In this document: piece by piece, positions 24,600 through 32,130 of the stretch
Layout: each line of letters opens with the position of its first letter
How positions within the stretch are numbered: the stretch's first letter is position 1
Position numbers and translations under genes: made by a program
Notes under the pieces: model-generated
What the model saw: only the letters and a program-made list of their open reading frames with translations
The model's database searches: none
Told to the model about the DNA's origin: nothing
DNA from: Octopus bimaculoides
Taxonomy: Eukaryota
Length of the DNA stretch: 32,130 bases
Direction: 5' to 3'
Assembly (NCBI RefSeq): GCF_001194135.2
Contig: NC_068983.1
Location: 109,447,066 to 109,479,195, forward strand

Positions 24600-25320
24600 G
24601 GCTGTTATAACACCCAGAAGAAGGTTTTTTTTTTTCCATCCACCAAAGTGAATGGAGCTTTGGCCAGAAAGAATTGATGCTATCAGATGGTATTCTACTA
24701 TCATCAGATGTTTTGATCCTGAACTGTAACACCCTCCCATTGGTGGGTCAGCAGAGGTGGCTAAATCACTGCTCATCATCCTCCCTCCTGGCTTCCAGCT
24801 TTACTCCTCTCTCTTGCTCCATGACCAGCAAGAGGTTATTTCTGCTACCTCCCCCATCCTGTGTACAGATACCTTTTATTCTTTCCTTCTCGTTCCAATG
24901 GCTATCAACATTCTCCATACAAACTTGGAAAGGAATCCTCCACAGCCAACCTTAACTGGGAAAAGCCATGACTTCCAGCCTTCTCCTTGAAATCCTGCAG
25001 AAGGCTCTTGTTCATGGCACACTTCCATTCAAAGGCCTGATCATACTCTTCTTGTCACAAGACTGTAAGCTCAACTAAGATTTTTTTCCTTGCCTTTTCA
25101 GACCACAGAACCATATCTGGCTTCAGCCTTGCATGGATGACTTGGGGAAACTTGAGTCTTTCCTCCAGTCCACTTTCATATCCCATGATTGGGCCCTGTG
25201 TAGCAGACTACTTGTCCTTTTTTACTTTCATCACTGACTTTTCTCCTTTCTCATGAACTTGGTTGCCACTGTTTCATTCTGTTGATGGCGTTTCATTAGC
25301 CTTTCCAGTTCCAGATTGGT
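24600..25320 (-). mobile_element. HERO/R2-group non-LTR retrotransposon 3' end (RLE domain)
   Basis: Minus-strand translation gives LKFPQVIHARLKPDMVLWSEKARKKILVELTV (PD..ELTV restriction-like endonuclease motif), GWKSWLFPVKVGCGGFLSKFVWRMLIAIG and SCWSWSKR, with stops and frameshifts. Confidence 0.85.
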
Positions 25321-25332
25321 GAGCAAATGTTT

Positions 25333-25344
25333 TACACACACACA

Positions 25345-25407
<63 letters not shown>
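25333..25407. repeat. (CA)n microsatellite running into a gap
   Basis: Directly visible. Confidence 0.97.
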
Positions 25408-26013
25408 NNNNNNNNNNNNNNNNNNNNNNNNNNNNNNNNNNNNNNNNNNNNNNNNNNNNNNNNNNNNNNNNNNNNNNNNNNNNNNNNNNNNNNNNNNNNN
25501 NNNNNNNNNNNNNNNNNNNNNNNNNNNNNNNNNNNNNNNNNNNNNNNNNNNNNNNNNNNNNNNNNNNNNNNNNNNNNNNNNNNNNNNNNNNNNNNNNNNN
25601 NNNNNNNNNNNNNNNNNNNNNNNNNNNNNNNNNNNNNNNNNNNNNNNNNNNNNNNNNNNNNNNNNNNNNNNNNNNNNNNNNNNNNNNNNNNNNNNNNNNN
25701 NNNNNNNNNNNNNNNNNNNNNNNNNNNNNNNNNNNNNNNNNNNNNNNNNNNNNNNNNNNNNNNNNNNNNNNNNNNNNNNNNNNNNNNNNNNNNNNNNNNN
25801 NNNNNNNNNNNNNNNNNNNNNNNNNNNNNNNNNNNNNNNNNNNNNNNNNNNNNNNNNNNNNNNNNNNNNNNNNNNNNNNNNNNNNNNNNNNNNNNNNNNN
25901 NNNNNNNNNNNNNNNNNNNNNNNNNNNNATATATATATATATAATTGGATTTTACAAAAAAAACAAAAGACGAAGACAGGTGTATAAACAACAAACAGGT
26001 GTATTAGTATACA

Positions 26014-26050
<37 letters not shown>

Positions 26051-26884
26051 CCAGCATCATGATGTTTTAATGCTGAATCTTCATGTTTGTATGGGTCAAC
26101 AACATGCCCTCTCTAACCCAGATCTGTTTCAGGTATGGAGGGGAATGTCATTGATAAGGTTGTGAAATGCCCATGAAAGGACTTTAACAAACTTAGATGA
26201 TTGGTTGATTGACCAAACAATTAATAAAACAATTGATTAGTTAATTCATTGAATGTTCATCCACTTGACTAATAAAGGAGTGAAAAAAACTAGTGCACTT
26301 GTGTATTACTAGCCTAATGGTTCACCCAAGATACAAGAATAATATTTCTTAAGACATGAACAGCATCAAGAATCTTGCAAACCAAATATTACCCTGGTTG
26401 GGAACATATAAAAGTCAGCATCAGGAAAAGTATCTAGCTGTAGGCACTATGTCACCATAAAATTCATGTGACCCATGCAAGCCTGAAAGAGTAGATGTTG
26501 AAGCAATCACACACACACATGCACACACACACTCACACAAACGCACACAACACAACGCACACACACATGCACACACATTCATGCACACACATGCACATGC
26601 ACACACACACACGACAATGACTTCTCAAAGAACACCTTATGATGTATATGTACATGAGGATATATAGGACATTAACAGATAGTATCAAACCACTGTTGCA
26701 TTGTTCATCTCTTTTTGCCCTAGCTGTCAAATGTCTAATTTTACATTCCAGTATATGAAAGAAAAATATGATGACCATTTAAAAATGGATTGATGGTGAA
26801 AATATTCATAATGCAGGGAATTCTCAGTAAGTGATACTAACAGGATGAATAATGTAATTTCTACTCAATTGTCCAAGTTAACCA

Positions 26885-27105
26885 ATCATCATCATCATTA
26901 TCATTGTTTAACGTCCATTGTCCATGCTGGCATGGGTTGAATGTTTTGACCAGGGCTGGCAAACTGGATGGCTGTACCAGACTCCAGTCTGATTTGGCAT
27001 GATTTATGTGGCAGGATGCCCTTTCTAGTGACAACCACTCTGAGAGTGTAATAGGTGCTTTTACATGCCACCGGCATGGGTGCCATTTGCATGACACCAG
27101 AATCT
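26885..27105 (-). mobile_element. SINE family B
   Basis: (ATC)n, then GTTTAACGTCCATTGTCCATGCTGGCATGGGTT ... GGATGCCCTTTCTAGTGACAACCACTCTGAGAGTG ... TTTTACATGCCACC, the reverse complement of family B. Confidence 0.88.
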
Positions 27106-29361
27106 GCCACAACTATGATTTTACTTAGCTTGATTTTACTTAACCAATGATGTGGATTAATATTATATATAAGTATTTTGAAAATGTATATACTCAGTAG
27201 AGCAAAAATGAATAATAGATTCAAAATGAGAGAAAATTCTATAAACAGCATATAACTATATATAACATGCATAATTAATTTGTAAAATTATTTAATGTTA
27301 CAGAATGTAAAATTTAAATAAATAAAATTGTAAATTTCATATATTTGTGATTGATGATAAATCAGTTTTATGTGATGGAGGTTGATGCAAATATAGCAAG
27401 TAGAAGAAGAGGTGATTATTTATCTTTTAGAAAGGGGTGTAAAAATGTATAATATATAGCTTGCATATTGGCAAAATGTTGCTTGCCCTCCTTATTTTAG
27501 TCATTTTCTCACTTATAGTAACATGAGAAATACACAGCAATCTCATAATTGCCATAGTATTAACAAGGACATAAAAAAATTGGTTTTGCATTGTGTCCTA
27601 TGATTGATCTTTGTATCTATGATGCATTTACCATTGTTGATGATTATGCAGCACTCAGTTAGCACTACAAGAATATATGCCTTACAAAACTAAGGCTCAA
27701 AAGAGATGTTAAAGTCAGTACTGGCAAGTATTCTTTTAACTCAGATTTCATTTAGTTTATTTCTCTGGTTTAAGAGGGTACAGTTTTTGGAGGGTTCACC
27801 ATGTTTTCTACTTTCTCATTTAAAATTTAGGTAAATTCTCTACAGCATAATTTTAAAATCAACATACCATACAAGTATATGAACTTCTGACATTTGGTTG
27901 CACATTAGAATCTTGAAAACTATTGCTGATGGATGGAGAGAATCCATCTTATTCCCTGGATTGCTGTCAATTTCACTCTTAACAAGTGGGAATTTTTTTC
28001 AACTAATCTTTTATTCACTTACTTGTGTAAGCCCCCCCTCTCTCTCTCTCTTTCTCACTCTCTCTTTTTCTCTGTTTCTCCTTAATTTCTTTCTTTTCTC
28101 ATTCATAATTACAACCACTACAATCTCAAATACAAGTTATAATTAGATTCTTACTGTGATATACTCTACTGATCAAGTTAAAATGAGTGCCCATAAGCAA
28201 AATTGCTTGCGAGTACATTTGAAGAAAATTTTATTATGTGTTAGTTTCATTGTTTTCTAGGCAGTATTTCAAAAATGAAACACCTACGCATCAGCAATGG
28301 CAAATTTTCTGAATACACAAGAGGAAAAGTTTTTCTTCCCTGTTGCACGTTATCTTTTGTATTAGAGTTTTTTTCCTTTTATTTGTTTGAAGGAACATTA
28401 TTTTCAACTTTGTGGGAGATGAACATTAAAAATAACGTACAAAGATATTGTTATAATTTTCCTTTTGTCTAAGAAAACTGAAGGCTAGAGATATGATTTA
28501 AATTACTCAGTTTTCATTTTTCCTGTATTCAGATTAATATGTTCTAATTTGCAAATTATTATGTGTACTCATACAGCAATTTATCAAGTTTTGTTTCATG
28601 CTTCAAACTGTCAGAATGTAAATGATATAATTTAAAATAAATGTGTAAAGAGGATTTTATCCCTAGGTGCAATATTCATTTTGATTACAGAAGAAATATA
28701 ATCAATCAGTCATCTACAATCTGTTACTAATGTTATTTTATTCAACTCAGCAAGATAAAATTTCAGTTAAGTTAAATATATTTTGAACATATTAAAAGTA
28801 ACAATAAGATTGGTATAACTGAATATCTCCTACAGCTGTATTTTGGTATCCATTGAATGTGTGCAAAGTTAAGTTTAACTTCAAAGTCTGGTATTCAGTG
28901 CTTAATTTATTTTTTGCTTTAATCCAAACTTTCAAGAAGACATTCAAAGCCCTCTTAATATGAAAGTACAAAATCCTAAACTTATATTATCTAATTAAAA
29001 AAAATACACCAATCATAAACAGTAAAATAAATTGCATCCCTTGGCTCAGACTTTATCTGTTCATGATTTATTAACCAAGAATCAATTGATTAAACATTAA
29101 ATGCTGCTGCAATCTTCTGCTACACAACTGTATACAACAATAAACTTGTCAAAAACCTATTTGTCATGTGTAACAAAATGTGAATTGTGTAGAATTTAAC
29201 ACATTGAATTCACTGGATTTTCTAAACATTAATTTCATATTTCTACTTATTTTAAAAAATATATATATGATAATGTGAATTTATTTTGAAAGCATTTACA
29301 ACTGATCTACTTCAATTCATAAATAATTGCATTTTAGTTTAGTTGAATCATCTTATATACA

Positions 29362-29515
29362 GGTGCAGGAATACTTATATGGTAAGAAGTTTGCTTCCCA
29401 ACTACGTGGTTTTAGGTTCAGTCTCACTTTGTGGCACCGTGGGCAAGTTTCTTCTAATATGGCTCAGGTTGACCAAAGCCATGTGAGTGGATTTAGTAGA
29501 TGGAAACTGAAAGAA
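29362..29515 (+). mobile_element. SINE family A, 5' half
   Basis: GGTGCAGGA...GGTTCAGTCTCAC...GGCACCGTGGGCAAGT...GACCAAAGCCATGTGAGTGGATTT...GGAAACTGAAAGAA. Confidence 0.88.
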
Positions 29516-29724
29516 TTATATATATATATATATATNNNNNNNNNNNNNNNNNNNNNNNNNNNNNNNNNNNNNNNNNNNNNNNNNNNNNNNNNNNNNNNNN
29601 NNNNNNNNNNNNNNNNNNNNNNNNNNNNNNNNNNNNNNNNNNNNNNNNNNNNNNNNNNNNNNNNNNNNNNNNNNNNNNNNNNNNNNNNNNNNNNNNNNNN
29701 NNNNNNNNNNNNNNNNNNNNNNNN

Positions 29725-30052
29725 AGTTTCGATTCCCAGACCGGGCGTTGTGCGTGTTTATTGAGCGAAAACACCTAAAGCTCCACGAGGCTCCGGCAGG
29801 GGATGGTGGCGAACCCTGCTGTACTCTTTCACCACAACTTTCTCTCACTCTTACTTCCTGTTTCTGATGTGCCTATAATTCAAAGGGTCAGCCTTGTCAC
29901 ACTGTGTCACACTGAATATCCCCAAGAACTACATTAAGGGTACATGTGTCTGTGGAGTGTTCAGCCACTTGCACGTTAATTTCACGAGCAGGCTGTTCCG
30001 CTGATCGGATCAATTGGAACCCTCGACGTCGTAAGTGACGGAGTGCCAACAC
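29725..30052 (+). mobile_element. SINE family C (tRNA-like B-box, GC-richer body)
   Basis: Begins with B-box-like GTTTCGATTCCC right after the gap; GC-richer body ending GGAACCCTCGACGTCGTAAGTGACGGAGTGCCAAC. Only one copy here, so SINE status rests on the B-box and recall. Confidence 0.65.
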
Positions 30053-30116
30053 AATCTAGTAGTTCACCAAAGGTGACAAATAGTATAAATACCAGATTTT
30101 TAAAAATATATATATA

Positions 30117-30205
30117 CTGGGGTTGATTTGCTCAACTGAGCCCTTCAAGGTTGTGTTCCAGCAGAGCTGCAGTCCAGTGTTTGAAACAAGTAAAAGATAA
30201 AAGGA
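30117..30205 (+). mobile_element. SINE family A, 3' tail fragment
   Basis: CTGGGGTTGATTTGCTCAACT ... GAAACAAGTAAAAGATAAAAG, matching 1285-1369. Confidence 0.8.
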
Positions 30206-30229
30206 TATGAGTGTGAGTGATTGTGTATA

Positions 30230-30284
<55 letters not shown>

Positions 30285-31240
30285 AAGTGTGTGTGTGTGT
30301 GTGTGTATGGTTAAAGTTATAACAGTGAATGAAAATAACCAAGGTAATTTGTGACTTATGTCTTTGATCCATAAGTTACTGGGGTAGAAGACAATTGAAA
30401 GTATTTATCAGTGTTTCTGAAAAAGCTTAAAAATTCAATGCTTATATTACATTTTCATAATTTAATAAACATTTTATATTACATAGTATAATGACAATGT
30501 AAATTAGTAAATGAAATATTTGTTTCTTGTAGAATAAAATCATTTTACTGGCATATGACTGAATTGCAGTCAAAGTAAAATGTAAGATTTGCTATATTAA
30601 TACAAGCATGAAAAGGTTTTGGTTATTATACACAGAGAATTTTTTTTTTTTTTTGATACTTAGCATCTGAGCTAAGTAAAGCTTTAGACAAATAGATTTT
30701 TGTGAGAATATTATTTTTCTGGGCTGCTAACTTCATTGTTTATCTATGTGTTGTTTCCATACAGATAATAAAAAAAATGACATATACTATAGTTAATTGA
30801 TTGGAAAAGCCAAACTTCTGATCTTACCATTTTACCCTAAGTAAATTCATAAGATAGTATTCTATTCAGGAATAAGTAAATTTCTGCTAAAGACTGATTA
30901 GTGCTAACAATGAAAGGTTTTCTGATGCAAGGACTGCTCATTGGAAACATCTTGATAACACAGACTTAAATAGCGATGTATAGATTTGGTAGGTTCTAAA
31001 GGTTATATTAATTTTTTTCTTTTCTCACAATAAAAATTCCATTCCAAGATGAAATCATGAGTGCAGCATTTGTTGATGGTATATTTGACTTGTTGACTTG
31101 CTATATACTGACTACGTATGAAGAACCTGTTCAATAACATCACATTGGTAACAGTGTGTGTAGATCAAGAACAAGGATATATATAATTGCTGCTATCTAG
31201 ACAGCACCATCAAAAGATGTGTAGTGGAACTTTCCAAAGA

Positions 31241-31283
<43 letters not shown>

Positions 31284-31499
31284 TGTGTGTGNNNNNNNNN
31301 NNNNNNNNNNNNNNNNNNNNNNNNNNNNNNNNNNNNNNNNNNNNNNNNNNNNNNNNNNNNNNNNNNNNNNNNNNNNNNNNNNNNNNNNNNNTTGTCAAAG
31401 TGTAGTACAATGGTTTTACTATGGAATGGTGAAACTATTTTTTGGGTTTCTGAAAAAGCAACGTTTTGGACTTACAAAACTTTTGCATAATAGCAACGA

Positions 31500-31518
31500 T
31501 ATATGTATATATGTATGT

Positions 31519-31607
<89 letters not shown>
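31500..31607. repeat. Long (GT)n microsatellite
   Basis: Directly visible. Confidence 0.97.
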
Positions 31608-32050
31608 CATGGGAAAGATATGCAGTGATATACATCTGGAAAATCCTAGAAGGCTGTGTACCAAACTTTGACATTGAAAGTTACACAAACAGCAGAACGG
31701 TTAGCCACTGCATATTGCCAAAGATGCAAGAATCACCATCAAAATACAGGGCCAAATACTGCAACAGCTTGGCTTTCATGGGCCCACATCTCTTCAATAT
31801 TCCTCCAAAATGCCTGAGAGACATGCATGGTGCAGATGTAGGTATCTTCAAAACAATGATGGATCTCCTCCTACCAAGGGTTCCAGATGAACCAACCTCA
31901 TGTCAGGAAACACTGATGAGGGCAGCAGCATCAAAGTCCCCCATACACCAAATGCCACATATCAGAGGAAGTTTCAAATAATGATGTAGCACAGCCAACG
32001 GTGCTGTATAACTGCAGCTTTGAAGTTGAAACAATTTTAAAATTTTAAGA
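31608..32050 (+). mobile_element. 5'-truncated CR1/L2-type LINE, ORF2 C-terminus and 3' end
   Basis: Frame WERYAVIYIWKILEGCVPNFDIESYTN...SLAFMGPHLFNIPPKCLRD...VPDEPT...RAAASKSPIHQ (stop at 31981), homologous to the minus-strand region 4230-4620. Confidence 0.88.
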
Positions 32051-32068
32051 TTTATATGTATATATCTA

Positions 32069-32103
<35 letters not shown>

Positions 32104-32130
32104 ATATATATATATATATATATATATAAA

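Noticed and set aside
1-32130. CRISPR arrays, rRNA, true tRNA genes, prokaryotic operons
   Set aside because: None seen. The tRNA-like A/B boxes belong to SINE heads, and the repeats lack a repeat-spacer organisation.

Overview
AT-rich, microsatellite-dense eukaryotic DNA with N-gaps. The SINE families and (TA)n/(CA)n load resemble an octopus (coleoid cephalopod) assembly; this is from recall, not a database check. No intact protein-coding gene is recognisable. The longer ORF-track entries are microsatellite or N-gap artefacts or transposon remnants, so the window is probably intronic or intergenic. Contents: about 10 tRNA-derived SINE copies from 3 families, two CR1/L2-type LINE remnants (one with APE, RT YADD and C-terminus), two HERO/R2-group RLE-domain remnants and a probable piggyBac fossil. 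Most interesting are the type I hammerhead ribozyme (HHR) motifs. At 12.17-12.97 kb a ~346-nt structured unit carrying an HHR occurs in tandem plus one inverted copy, resembling a non-LTR retrozyme (a circRNA-forming non-autonomous retroelement). At 22.14-22.20 kb there is an unrelated HHR with a palindromic helix III of the Penelope-associated dimeric type. A second ~343-bp tandem+inverted repeat at 17.8-18.6 kb has the same architecture but no intact catalytic core. All alignments and folds were done by eye; element boundaries are approximate.
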